A stretch of 54,437 nt of DNA from Candidatus Caldarchaeum sp. (GTDB taxonomy: Archaea > Thermoproteota > Nitrososphaeria_A > Caldarchaeales > Caldarchaeaceae): contig JAWBRA010000012.1 in assembly GCA_038844785.1 (NCBI GenBank), forward strand, positions 1 to 54,437, in the 5' to 3' direction. This document shows, in pieces, positions 28,116 through 37,566 of this stretch. The position numbers and the translations under genes were made by a program. Every line of letters begins with the position of its first letter. Within the stretch, counting starts at the first letter, position 1. The notes beneath the pieces are model-generated. The model had not been told where the DNA came from and searched no databases. It was given only the letters and a program-made list of their open reading frames with translations.

Positions 28116-29329
28116 CCAGCCCGTCTAGTGGCAGAGACGATGGATAAGACTTCCCGGTCTTTCAGCCTGTAGTCGCCCGGCAGCCGTAGCCCAGTCCTGA
28201 CATCTATGGCGTAAAGAAGGCCTTTCTCCAGCTCGGAGTGGATGTTTCTGGCCAGGTCGCGGACGGTTGAGTTGGGGGGCATGAGATAGGCGTCGGGGAG
28301 AACGTTCCCCGATTTGTCGGAGAGCTTCGCCGCGTCGGAGACGGGGTAAACAACACTCATGCCGAGCAGCTTGAAGACAGCCACGTTTATTGCGAACTGG
28401 ACGCCTGTACGCATATACTCTCCCAGCACGCGGGATTCGATGAACTCCAATGCTTTTTTCTGCTCTGGAGTCAGCTGCTCTGGGTTGATTATCTTGAATT
28501 CCTCCTCTCCCGGGATGTATTTTATGAACCCTTTTTGAACGGCTCTTCGGAGAGCCAGCTCGGCTTCTGCGCTGGCGGGTATAACCATGTAGTTGGTTAA
28601 GCTTTCCCGCAGGATTTCAAAGTTCGCTGCAGCCGTTTCCAAGTCCATTTTGTTTGCAAGCACCAGCATCGGCTTCGAGACCTCTAAAAGCTTCTCTGCG
28701 AACTTCTTGTCCTCAAGCATGGTCCAGTTTTCAAACTCTTTGTTGTGGAGGCCTGACAGCTGTAAAGCCATGTTGACATGGTTTGCAGTTATCTTGACTC
28801 CTTGAAGGACGTCCGCAACAGACTCTGCAAAATCCTTTCCAGCCTTGATGTTTCTTATTATTTTATCCTCCTGTCTGTCGATGAGACGCATCAGCCACAT
28901 CACAAGCTCTTCCTGGATGTCGTAAAAATCCGCCAAAGGGTTTCCCACACCCATCTTGGTTATCTTCCCCTCCTCATCTACGCTTCCGGAAGCGTCTACA
29001 ACGTGTATCAACGCGTCGGCCTGTGAGGCCACGGCTAGGAATTGGTTACCAAGCCCTTTACCAGCCCAAGCTCCTTTAATCAAGCCGGGCAGGTCGATCA
29101 GCTCGACAGGTATGTGTCTATATCCGTCTACGCAGAGAGAGTTACGGGGGTTGTCTTTGACATCGAACTCCCGGCATACGCATGGTGTTATGGCGTAGGT
29201 GGTGCCGTAGTTAGGCTGTTTCGTTGTGAAAGGATAGGAGGATACCTCGGCATACTGCAAAGTCGCTGCGTTGAAAAAAGTTGTTTTACCTGTGTTGGTC
29301 TTACCTATCAAACCTATGCGAACAGGCAT
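28112..29329 (-). CDS. ychF: Archaeal YchF/OBG-family GTPase with TGS domain
   Basis: GKTNTGKTT, YPFTT, DLPGL..GA..GKGLGNQFL, NKMD, TGS C-terminus. Confidence 0.9.
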   Translation of the reverse strand: MPVRIGLIGKTNTGKTTFFNAATLQYAEVSSYPFTTKQPNYGTTYAITPCVCREFDVKDNPRNSLCVDGYRHIPVELIDLPGLIKGAWAGKGLGNQFLAVASQADALIHVVDASGSVDEEGKITKMGVGNPLADFYDIQEELVMWLMRLIDRQEDKIIRNIKAGKDFAESVADVLQGVKITANHVNMALQLSGLHNKEFENWTMLEDKKFAEKLLEVSKPMLVLANKMDLETAAANFEILRESLTNYMVIPASAEAELALRRAVQKGFIKYIPGEEEFKIINPEQLTPEQKKALEFIESRVLGEYMRTGVQFAINVAVFKLLGMSVVYPVSDAAKLSDKSGNVLPDAYLMPPNSTVRDLARNIHSELEKGLLYAIDVRTGLRLPGDYRLKDREVLSIVSATRRAG

Positions 29330-29373
29330 CCAAACCCCCTTGATAGAACATGATTAGTCTGTGAAAAACTTTA

Positions 29374-30261
29374 TCAAACAACGCGGTCGAACTTCTTTAG
29401 AACGGTCGGAACCTCCTCTATCACGTCTTCAGGGGTTATGTGGAGTCCTTTTTTATGTGCAGCAGCAACTCCGGCAAGTCCGTTCGCAAGCACGCCGGCT
29501 ACAGCCGCGTTCATGGGGGTGACGCCCTTCGCAACAAACCCTGCAACAAGCCCTGTCAAAACATCCCCCGTACCCCCCACGGTCATGGCCGCTGACAAAG
29601 GCTCTTTCCTGTTAACCACCACTTCAACACCGTCGGAGACTACGTCGGCAGGTCCCTTTAGGAGTGTGACAACTCTATGCTGTCTGCTGACCTCCAACAC
29701 GTTCTTCACCCTCTCCTCAACCGTTGAACCCGGATCGAAGCCGTAAAGCCTTTTGAATTCCCCTGCATGAGGTGTTAAAACACATTTTTTTCCAGAAACA
29801 CGTGGTAGGATGTCGCTGAACAAGGCAGTGGCGTCCAAAACGACTGCTACGTCTTTTTCGGAAAGTATGTCAACCAGTTCAATAATGCCTTTTTCACAGC
29901 CTTTAGCCAGGCCCGGCCCAATGGCTGCCGCCGATACATTGTCTAAAACTTTCTCCAGCCTGTCCACAGACTTTGGGGTTAGCTTGTAGTCTGGGAGTGG
30001 GAGCACTATCAACGACGGTGAAAGAGCACGTACTGCAGCCGCTATCTTTTCAGGAACAGCCACGTAGACAAGGTCGACGCCCGAACGCATGGCGGCCATC
30101 GAGACGAGGAATGGCGCGCCATGGTAAAGCCAGCTACCTCCAACTACTAGAACAACACCGTTCTCACCTTTCCTAGACCATCTCCTGCGCGGTATGCAGG
30201 CCATCGCTAAATCCGTCTCCGAAGCCTCCCGGTATGAAACGATCACGTTGAAAAGATACAT
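29374..30261 (-). CDS. nnrD: ADP-dependent NAD(P)H-hydrate dehydratase (stand-alone)
   Basis: KGENG.VLVVGGS..YHGAP, IGPGL, LTPHAGEF, GGTGDVLTG. Confidence 0.9.
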   Translation of the reverse strand: MYLFNVIVSYREASETDLAMACIPRRRWSRKGENGVVLVVGGSWLYHGAPFLVSMAAMRSGVDLVYVAVPEKIAAAVRALSPSLIVLPLPDYKLTPKSVDRLEKVLDNVSAAAIGPGLAKGCEKGIIELVDILSEKDVAVVLDATALFSDILPRVSGKKCVLTPHAGEFKRLYGFDPGSTVEERVKNVLEVSRQHRVVTLLKGPADVVSDGVEVVVNRKEPLSAAMTVGGTGDVLTGLVAGFVAKGVTPMNAAVAGVLANGLAGVAAAHKKGLHITPEDVIEEVPTVLKKFDRVV

Positions 30262-30357
30262 GAGACATGGTTAAAAACATGTCACGCAGATGCTTTCGTT
30301 TAGCGGTCTACTTGGTTAGGTTTTTAGGAAGCCTATCCAATCGCCTGTTGTAGGGTC

Positions 30358-31089
30358 TTGCTTGTTTTAGGTGGGTCCATGCTAGCTGTAGCGACCGCTG
30401 TTCGGCTTGCAAAGAAAGGCGAAAGGGTTACCATAGTTTACACAGGTAGACGGCTGGGCCTTTTCCCCTTCGCAGTTTTGACAAAAAAGTTTCTGAAGGA
30501 AGTTGGTGTAGAGCCTTTACGTCACTCCGAGGCCGTGGTCAAAACATGCTACGTTGATGGACGGAGCTTCAGGCTGCCAACACCTCTTTACCTCTGCAGA
30601 ACCACACCCTTGCTGGAGGATGCGATATCTTACAATGAGGTAAAGTTTAGCCATAGAATGCCGCAAAACGTTAACGAGGAGGTCGTTGACTGCAATCCAA
30701 AATTTTTAAAAGACCTAAGGCTTGTTCAGGTTGCCTTTGTCACCAGACACAGCTCTGACGATTACTTAGCCATAGAGTCTAAGCCGTACCGTCATTTTTC
30801 CGCAACCCTGTACAGCGAAAAAAAGGCTGTGTCATACATTTACTTTGTCGACGAGGTTGTTAAGCCGGCTGGTTTGCTGGCTGCTGTCGAAAGATGTACA
30901 GGCTATGTCAACCGCTTCAACGGCGAGGTATCGGCCGCTGCTGGTTTGGCTGGACAGGATGTTGCCGAAACCATAAACGACCGGGATGTGGTAGAGAAAA
31001 ATGTGAAATACGTTCTAAACGTTTTAAAAGGCTTCAAACCCGAACCAGCAGAGGACATCTTCTCCAGCGTCTTCACCTGCCTAGCTTAA
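30358..31089 (+). CDS. Hypothetical protein with degenerate FAD-binding Rossmann N-terminus
   Basis: VLGGSMLAVATAVRLAKKGERVTIV resembles a beta-alpha-beta FAD fold, but GxGxxG is degenerate. Confidence 0.55.
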   Translation: MLVLGGSMLAVATAVRLAKKGERVTIVYTGRRLGLFPFAVLTKKFLKEVGVEPLRHSEAVVKTCYVDGRSFRLPTPLYLCRTTPLLEDAISYNEVKFSHRMPQNVNEEVVDCNPKFLKDLRLVQVAFVTRHSSDDYLAIESKPYRHFSATLYSEKKAVSYIYFVDEVVKPAGLLAAVERCTGYVNRFNGEVSAAAGLAGQDVAETINDRDVVEKNVKYVLNVLKGFKPEPAEDIFSSVFTCLA

Positions 31090-31115
31090 CGTTTTTATCT
31101 CCGTTATGTGGATAG

Positions 31116-31430
31116 ATGTCTGCAAAAGAGGCGGTGGAGATGGTCGAAGACTCAGTGGTCCTTGTGGGAAAAAAGCCGACGATGAACTACGTGCTGGCGA
31201 CAACCCTTCCCCTAGCCGAAGGCAAGCGTGTCATCCTAAAGGCACGAGGAAGAGCCATATCAAAAGCCGTTGACGTTGTAGAGGTTGTGCGCAGAAGGTT
31301 TGTCCAAAACGCCGTCATAGAGAAGGTGAACATCGGGACAGAAGAGGGAAGGGTTGGAAACGACGGCCGGCAGAGGAACGTCAGCACGATCGAAATAATC
31401 GTCTCGCAGCCGAAGACCTCTAAGAAGTAG
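31116..31430 (+). CDS. albA: DNA/RNA-binding protein Alba
   Basis: VGKKPTMNYVLA, KARGRAISKAVDV, NVSTIEI. Confidence 0.95.
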   Translation: MSAKEAVEMVEDSVVLVGKKPTMNYVLATTLPLAEGKRVILKARGRAISKAVDVVEVVRRRFVQNAVIEKVNIGTEEGRVGNDGRQRNVSTIEIIVSQPKTSKK

Positions 31431-31500
31431 GCGGACAAACCCGGTTCATACCGGGTCACCCACATATTTTTATCTGACACAATCCTTTCACCAATCTGGG

Positions 31501-32145
31501 TTGGGGGAAAGTACCAGCGCCAGCTTTGGATGGACGTGGACAATCTGTAAGCAATGCGGCATGAAGACTATTACGGGGAAGTTTTGCATGCGGTGTGGTG
31601 CGGTTCTCGACCAGACGCAGAAAGCAGAACCTATACAGTATGTTTACACATTCGACGTCATAGTTCTTGGAGAAGATGGCGTCGGCAAAACTAGTTTGAT
31701 AAACAGATGGGCGAAAACTCCTCAACCTAATTTATCACAGGCAACTGTTGAAGCCGTTAAAAAGGCCGTGTTTGAGGGTATCGAGGTCAGCCTCAGAATG
31801 AGGGAAATGGAACAAAACATCGCCAAAGTCGCTGGGAAGATTGATGCTGCCGTTGTGGTTTTCGAGCTTACGCGCCGCACGACATTTGTCAGAACTATGC
31901 GCTACGTTAGATTTTTAAGAGAGACCGAGCCAATGCCGCTGGTTTACCTGGTGGGCAACAAGTGCGATCTGGACGGCAGACAGGTCTCCTTCGACGAGGC
32001 TGCTCGCACGGCGAGAGATTTAGGGGCTCAATATTTTGAAACGTCAGCTAAATCAGGATACAACGTTGACTTAGTTTTAAAAAGGCTTTTTAAAGACCTT
32101 TTAACAAGAAGGCTCAACGAACTCAAGAGGATGCTTCAGCAATGA
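31501..32145 (+). CDS. Zinc-ribbon plus Ras/Rab-like small GTPase
   Basis: CKQCG...FCMRCG, G1 GEDGVGKTS, G4 GNKCD, G5 ETSAK; G3 DxxG is absent. Confidence 0.85.
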   Translation: MGESTSASFGWTWTICKQCGMKTITGKFCMRCGAVLDQTQKAEPIQYVYTFDVIVLGEDGVGKTSLINRWAKTPQPNLSQATVEAVKKAVFEGIEVSLRMREMEQNIAKVAGKIDAAVVVFELTRRTTFVRTMRYVRFLRETEPMPLVYLVGNKCDLDGRQVSFDEAARTARDLGAQYFETSAKSGYNVDLVLKRLFKDLLTRRLNELKRMLQQ

Positions 32146-33182
32146 GCCATGATTCAATATTGAGAAGAAAAGGGTTGCAGCAATTCATTAAAAGAATCAT
32201 AGAATCGCGTATAGAGTCATTCGAGCCTACGTTTGATGCAGGTGGGTGCCGTTATCCGTTTGTGGAGGAGGTTTTGAACACCGACAGCGTTGACGCTTTC
32301 AACGTTTTGGAAGCCCTGGCAGGTTTAGGTGTTTTGGAGAAACAGCTGCTTGAATCAACGATGACGTGTCCAGATTGCGGCAATGTGTACTTTAGCGTGA
32401 AGCCAGTCTGCCCGACATGCAGCTCGAGCCGCCTCCTCAGAGGAAATGTCATAGAACATCTATCATGTGGATACGTTGACTTCGAACAGCAGTTTTATGA
32501 TAAGGGGTTTGTATGTCCTAGGTGTGATAAAGAACTTAAGGCATTGGGTGTGGACTACAGACGTGCAGGCATTTTCTACAAATGCATTTCATGCGGCCGT
32601 GTAACGGCCCTGTCGATCAAAAGATATGTGTGCACCAGATGCATGAGGGCGCTTTCAGAGGATGAGCTAGTGTTGAAACCAGTTAACAGATACGTTGTGG
32701 TCTATGATAAACTGTTAAAACTGTACAGCGGCCTTGCAGACATTTCGCCAATCATCTCATACCTAGAATCCAAAAATTACATCGTTAAAACACCTGTTCA
32801 GATAACCGGCTCCTCCGGGATCACGCATGAGTTTACGCTCTTCGTCACCAAGCGCGGCGTATCCCCCTCGTCAGGTGTTATTATAGACGTTGTCGGCTTG
32901 GCTGAAGAATCTAAAATTTACGAGCTTTTCACAAAAAGTTTCGACGTAAAAGCTGGTGCAACAATGTTGTTCGTATTAGGGAAGGTTGATGAGAAAACAG
33001 TCAAGCTGGCCAAAACCTTTAACATAAGCGTTTTTGAAGGAGAGTCTGCTGAGGAATTGCTTGCAAAAGTAAGGCAGCCTTTGGAGGCTGTGTTGAACGA
33101 TCTTGCCAAGAAACAGATAGCCGATGAAGTAACCCATTTGGAGAAGGTTCTTCAGAACCTAGAAAAGTATGGATTCGGTTAA
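32142..33182 (+). CDS. Soluble TackOD1-like zinc-ribbon protein with PD-(D/E)xK-like C-terminus
   Basis: CPDCG..CPTCSS..IEHLSCG..CPRC..GVDYR..CISCG..CTRC, GSSGITHEF; ATGA overlap with the GTPase. Confidence 0.8.
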   Translation: MSHDSILRRKGLQQFIKRIIESRIESFEPTFDAGGCRYPFVEEVLNTDSVDAFNVLEALAGLGVLEKQLLESTMTCPDCGNVYFSVKPVCPTCSSSRLLRGNVIEHLSCGYVDFEQQFYDKGFVCPRCDKELKALGVDYRRAGIFYKCISCGRVTALSIKRYVCTRCMRALSEDELVLKPVNRYVVVYDKLLKLYSGLADISPIISYLESKNYIVKTPVQITGSSGITHEFTLFVTKRGVSPSSGVIIDVVGLAEESKIYELFTKSFDVKAGATMLFVLGKVDEKTVKLAKTFNISVFEGESAEELLAKVRQPLEAVLNDLAKKQIADEVTHLEKVLQNLEKYGFG

Positions 33183-33187
33183 ACTTC

Positions 33188-34225
33188 ATGTCCCATCTCA
33201 CCGGCCGTATTCTGTTGCCCTCTGCCTTTCTATGTTTACTTCTCGGCCTTTACGGCGGATTAAGTAGAATGGGTGTTTTGCCAGCTTTGGTGCAGATGCC
33301 TGCGCAATATCATGGAGCGTTGATGGCTGTTGGTTTTCTGGCAGCGTTAATAGCCGCAGAAAGAGCTATCTCCTTAACCAACGTGCTCATGGCCGTCGCA
33401 AGCATCTACTTCAGCTCTGGAGGCCTACTGCTGGCTATTGGGTTCAAACTTTTAACAGACGTTCTTTGGACAGGTGGAGCACTGGCCTTCATGGTTTGGA
33501 CTATATGGATGTGGTTAAAATTTCGCAGAAATTTCTCAAACTTGTTTTTCACGTTCGCTGCAGTCCTACTTCTCGTTGGTGTTGTGTTTTTCATTCTTGG
33601 TTTTCCACGGGTTTCGTATGGTTTGGCTTGGGCTGGGTTCTTTGTTGCCTTCATCGTGGGCGAGAGAATGGATATGTTGAAGGTAACGAAGGCCGGTGCT
33701 TTATCATATGTGATAGCTGGGCTAAGCCTACCGGTGGCCGCCGCCGGCTCGCTATTTCTTAGCAGAAACCTTATGGCAGCTATGTTTGGACTGCTGCTGT
33801 ATCCAGCCGTCCGACACGACGTTGCCCTACGTTTTGTCAAGAGGCCTGGGTTTAGCCGTTACCTAGCCGTTGGGTTGGGTACAGCTTATTTATGGCTTGC
33901 TGTATCCACTGTCCTGTGGAGTCTCTCAGCATCGCTTGACATCATACTGCATTCGGTTTTCCTCGGGTTTGTGGGCACAATGATTTTCACCCATGCTCCG
34001 ATAATTCTTCCAGCGATTCTCAAGACTAAACACATCTACAGCCCATCCCTTTACATTCCTTTCATTATGCTGCAAACCAGCACAGTTATGAGGATTTTTT
34101 CAGCAGCAACGCTAAACGTGGGATTATGGTCTCTTTCAGGCCTCGTGACCGTTTTCTCGGTGATAGTTTTCATACTGCTTGGAGTTGTTAAAAGCTTCCA
34201 GAGAAAAACTATTTACACAAAGTAA
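33188..34225 (+). CDS. Polytopic membrane protein (NnrS-like)
   Basis: HGALM..GF...LI..ERA, IVGER, HSVFLGFVGTMIF.HAPIILPA. Confidence 0.65.
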   Translation: MSHLTGRILLPSAFLCLLLGLYGGLSRMGVLPALVQMPAQYHGALMAVGFLAALIAAERAISLTNVLMAVASIYFSSGGLLLAIGFKLLTDVLWTGGALAFMVWTIWMWLKFRRNFSNLFFTFAAVLLLVGVVFFILGFPRVSYGLAWAGFFVAFIVGERMDMLKVTKAGALSYVIAGLSLPVAAAGSLFLSRNLMAAMFGLLLYPAVRHDVALRFVKRPGFSRYLAVGLGTAYLWLAVSTVLWSLSASLDIILHSVFLGFVGTMIFTHAPIILPAILKTKHIYSPSLYIPFIMLQTSTVMRIFSAATLNVGLWSLSGLVTVFSVIVFILLGVVKSFQRKTIYTK

Positions 34226-34239
34226 GCTTTTGCTCAGTC

Positions 34240-35043
34240 ATGGTGTCGAGGTGGGAGATAGCGGGGAGCACGCTGGCAGCTGCGTCTATCTGCCTAATCC
34301 TAATCGAATATTTCGTAGAGCTGGGTTTTGCAGAGCTTGTTGCCGTAATGGCTGCTGACGGATTTGTTGTAGCCGTGCTTTTAGCTGACCTGATCCGCAG
34401 GGCCAGGGTCACGGGAAACACGCCAAAATATATTCTCAGCTGCTGGTATGAGGTTGTCGCCCTGCTACCTCTAGCATTCTTCTACTTCTTGGAAACTCAA
34501 ACACTCATAGGAGCTGTTTTACGCGGGTTTAGGCTGTTGAGACTGCTCAGGCTTGCCGTCGCCATAGCAAGGACTGCTAGAACAGTGCAGCATATTTCTG
34601 AGGTTGTGAGACGAAGCCGTATAGCTTACCTTCTAGCAGTGTCGGTTGCGTTCATCTTTGCTGGAACGGTTTCAGCGTATGTTTTGGAGGCGGAGGTTCC
34701 CGGCTCAAAGATAAAAGATTTGGGGGACGCGTTTTGGTGGTCTCTGGCCACGGTCACAACTGTGGGCTACGGTGACGTCGTCCCCGTCACGTTGGCGGGC
34801 AGGGTTATAGGCTCCATTCTCATGGTCACCGGGATAGCTGTTCTAGGTGTTTTCATCTCAACCCTCGGCTCAACCCTTGTAGCGACGTCGAAAAACAACG
34901 AGTCAACCATCTCGGAAATCAAAAACATAATCAAGAATAAGGTGGATGTTTTGGAAACACTTTCCGAGGACGAGGTGAACAGGCTTATCGAGCTGATAAA
35001 AACTCTTCACGGTATGCGCAACAACTCTAAATCATCCCGTTAA
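34240..35043 (+). CDS. Voltage-gated potassium channel (KvAP-like)
   Basis: S4 RGFRLLRLLRL; selectivity filter TTVGYGD. Confidence 0.92.
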   Translation: MVSRWEIAGSTLAAASICLILIEYFVELGFAELVAVMAADGFVVAVLLADLIRRARVTGNTPKYILSCWYEVVALLPLAFFYFLETQTLIGAVLRGFRLLRLLRLAVAIARTARTVQHISEVVRRSRIAYLLAVSVAFIFAGTVSAYVLEAEVPGSKIKDLGDAFWWSLATVTTVGYGDVVPVTLAGRVIGSILMVTGIAVLGVFISTLGSTLVATSKNNESTISEIKNIIKNKVDVLETLSEDEVNRLIELIKTLHGMRNNSKSSR

Positions 35044-35048
35044 ATGGG

Positions 35049-36218
35049 GTGGTGGGCGTTAAGGACTTGGCATCATCAGGATACCGTGTGATCCTCATTC
35101 TTGGTGTTGTCAGCCTTCTAGGAGACTTCATCTACGAGGGAGGTAGGTCAATCATCCCCGACTACATGCGTCAGCTGGGTATGGATGCTTTGCTTGTCGG
35201 CGCCTCCCTTGGGCTTGCGGAGTTTGCCGGATGGGCGGCTAGGCCTTTGGGCGGGCTTATGGCGGACAAAACAGGAAAATATGCTTCAGTTATCAGGGCT
35301 GGGTATGGCGGGCTTTTCGTCATACCGTTGATGGCTTTCGCCCCGGGTTGGTGGTTTGTAGTGGCGCTGGCGTTTGCAGAACGTGTCTTCAGAGGTGTGA
35401 GAATACCAGCCCGCGACGCTCTATTGGCTCGGTTGAGGGGAAAGATAGGGCTTGGAACGGCCTTCGGGCTTCACGAGTTTATGGACCAGGTAGGTGCCAC
35501 GGCTGGACCCTTGCTTGCCGTAGCGATTTTAGCATTATACAACTCGACATCAACCGTTTTCCTGTACATGTTCATCCCATACTTGCTTCTTCTGGTCTCA
35601 CTTATCTTCATCCCAGGATACAGCGAGCCTCCTCTGAGGCTGAAACAAATAAAGCCTTCCAAAAAAATTCTCATATACTCCGGTGCGGCTGGATTGAACT
35701 CTGCAGGACTTTTGCCGCTACCGCTTTTGCTATACATGGTTTCTGTCGAAGCCGGATATGGTTCATGGCTTGTTCCAGCCGCGTACGCGGTTGCCATGGT
35801 TGTGGACGCGGTTGCGGGGCTTGCTCTGGGAAGGGCTTTCGACAAGTGGGGTGGGGCAGTTGTAGCACTAGCGGTTATCCTCTCTGTTTCCCCAGCGGTT
35901 TTTGTCAACGCACCGCTAACCCTTTTAATGTTCTGCTCCCTACTGCTCGGCGTTGTTATTGGTGCTCAAGAATCGGTTTTCAGGGCAATGGTCGCTCATC
36001 TGGCTGGAAAAGAAGGTTTAGGCAGCTCTTACGCCCTTTACGGGCTTGCGCTTGGAGTTGGTAGCGCAGTAGCCGGTGTAGCATACGGATACATGATTGA
36101 AGCTGGCATAGCTTTACATTTAATCATCCTCTACGCTGTGACAGTCGAAGCAGCCGCGCTAACCCTCATCTCATACATACTTAAGCAAGAGCAACAGTTA
36201 TCTCCCCCGCATCATTAA
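35049..36218 (+). CDS. MFS transporter
   Basis: 12-TM pattern, G.MADKTG, R.PARDALL. Confidence 0.88.
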   Translation: MVGVKDLASSGYRVILILGVVSLLGDFIYEGGRSIIPDYMRQLGMDALLVGASLGLAEFAGWAARPLGGLMADKTGKYASVIRAGYGGLFVIPLMAFAPGWWFVVALAFAERVFRGVRIPARDALLARLRGKIGLGTAFGLHEFMDQVGATAGPLLAVAILALYNSTSTVFLYMFIPYLLLLVSLIFIPGYSEPPLRLKQIKPSKKILIYSGAAGLNSAGLLPLPLLLYMVSVEAGYGSWLVPAAYAVAMVVDAVAGLALGRAFDKWGGAVVALAVILSVSPAVFVNAPLTLLMFCSLLLGVVIGAQESVFRAMVAHLAGKEGLGSSYALYGLALGVGSAVAGVAYGYMIEAGIALHLIILYAVTVEAAALTLISYILKQEQQLSPPHH

Positions 36219-36229
36219 CATAGGCCGGG

Positions 36230-37183
36230 ATGATAGTTCTCAAAGATGTTTACAGGGCGAGGAAAATACTGCGGAAGTATCTAAAGCCAACACCCCTAAT
36301 CTTTTCGAGGGCCCTTACAAGGGATATTGGAGCCGAAGTGTATGTTAAGCTGGAGAACCTCAACCCTACACATTCGTTCAAGGTCCGCGGCGGGATATAC
36401 TACATGGCGTCCATGCATGAAAGAATTAAAGGAGTGGTAACGGCTTCTATGGGGAACCACGCCCAGTCGATAGCTTATGCTGGAAGCCTATTCAACGTCA
36501 GCGTGAAAGCCGTCATGCCCACCTGGGTTTCACAGGTTAAGAGACAGGCAGTAGAGGAGCTTGGGGCCGAAGCCATAACCTATGGCTCATACTATGACGA
36601 AGCAGCTGTATACGCACAGAACCTTGCGAAAAAACAGGGGCTGGAGTATGTGGACGCCGTAAACGAGACAAGGCTATACCCCGGCGTAGCAACAATGCAT
36701 CTCGAGGTTGTTGAGGAGCTTCCCGACGTTCAGGCTGTCATCAACCCACTCGGCGGAGGCTCCGGCTGCATCGGCGCCGTAACCGTTTACAAAACAATAA
36801 ACCCCTCTACCAAGGTTTACGCCGTTCAGGCGGAGGGTGCTCCAGCCTTCTACGAGTCTTTTAGGAAGGGTGCCATCGTTTCGACTGAAGGTGTCAGGAC
36901 TAGGGCTGAAGGGCTGGCTGTCGCCAAGGCCTATGAAACGCCTTTTAACCTGTTGAAGGATGAGCTGGACGATGTTTTACTGGTCTCCGACCATGAGATG
37001 GAGAGAGCTGTGGCCAAGCTTTACCACGCAGTTAGACAGGTTGCTGAGCTGGCTGGGGCTGCGTCAACGGCTGCAGCCTACAAACACGCCAGCCGGCTTG
37101 AAGGCCTCAAGACCGTTTTAATCCTGACAGGGGGTAACATAGACCCCAAACAGTTTGCGCAGATCATTGCTGAAACAGGTTAA
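36230..37183 (+). CDS. PLP-dependent threonine/serine dehydratase
   Basis: KLENLNPTHSFKVRG, ASMGNHAQ, GGGSG, TGGNID. Confidence 0.9.
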   Translation: MIVLKDVYRARKILRKYLKPTPLIFSRALTRDIGAEVYVKLENLNPTHSFKVRGGIYYMASMHERIKGVVTASMGNHAQSIAYAGSLFNVSVKAVMPTWVSQVKRQAVEELGAEAITYGSYYDEAAVYAQNLAKKQGLEYVDAVNETRLYPGVATMHLEVVEELPDVQAVINPLGGGSGCIGAVTVYKTINPSTKVYAVQAEGAPAFYESFRKGAIVSTEGVRTRAEGLAVAKAYETPFNLLKDELDDVLLVSDHEMERAVAKLYHAVRQVAELAGAASTAAAYKHASRLEGLKTVLILTGGNIDPKQFAQIIAETG

Positions 37184-37230
37184 ACACACATTAAATATTG
37201 CTGTTAAGCATAAGTGGTGGGAAAAGGCCT

Positions 37231-37566
37231 ATGGGTAAGCGGAAGATTGTCGCGGAGCCGGATGAGCTAGACCAGATGGTTGAGCCTGGGCCGGGCGATG
37301 TTTACGGCGTTGTTAGCAAGCTGTATGGTTATGACAGGCTGTTGGTTGACTGCGCAGACGGCAAGCAGAGGATATGCAGGATTCGAGGCCAGCTTAAACG
37401 CCGTATATGGATTAAGGAGGGTGACCTTGTTCTTGTTTCTCCATGGGATTTTCAGAGGGACAGCCGCGGCGATGTTTGGTGGCGTTTCACCCACAACCAG
37501 GCTCTAGAGCTTGCTAAGAAAGGCGTTATACCTGATTTTCTTAAGGTAAAGCTTGGAGCATCCTAG
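37231..37566 (+). CDS. eif1a: Translation initiation factor aIF-1A
   Basis: CADGKQRICRIRG.LKRRIWIKEGD.VLVSPWDFQ; ATG at 37231. Confidence 0.95.
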   Translation: MGKRKIVAEPDELDQMVEPGPGDVYGVVSKLYGYDRLLVDCADGKQRICRIRGQLKRRIWIKEGDLVLVSPWDFQRDSRGDVWWRFTHNQALELAKKGVIPDFLKVKLGAS

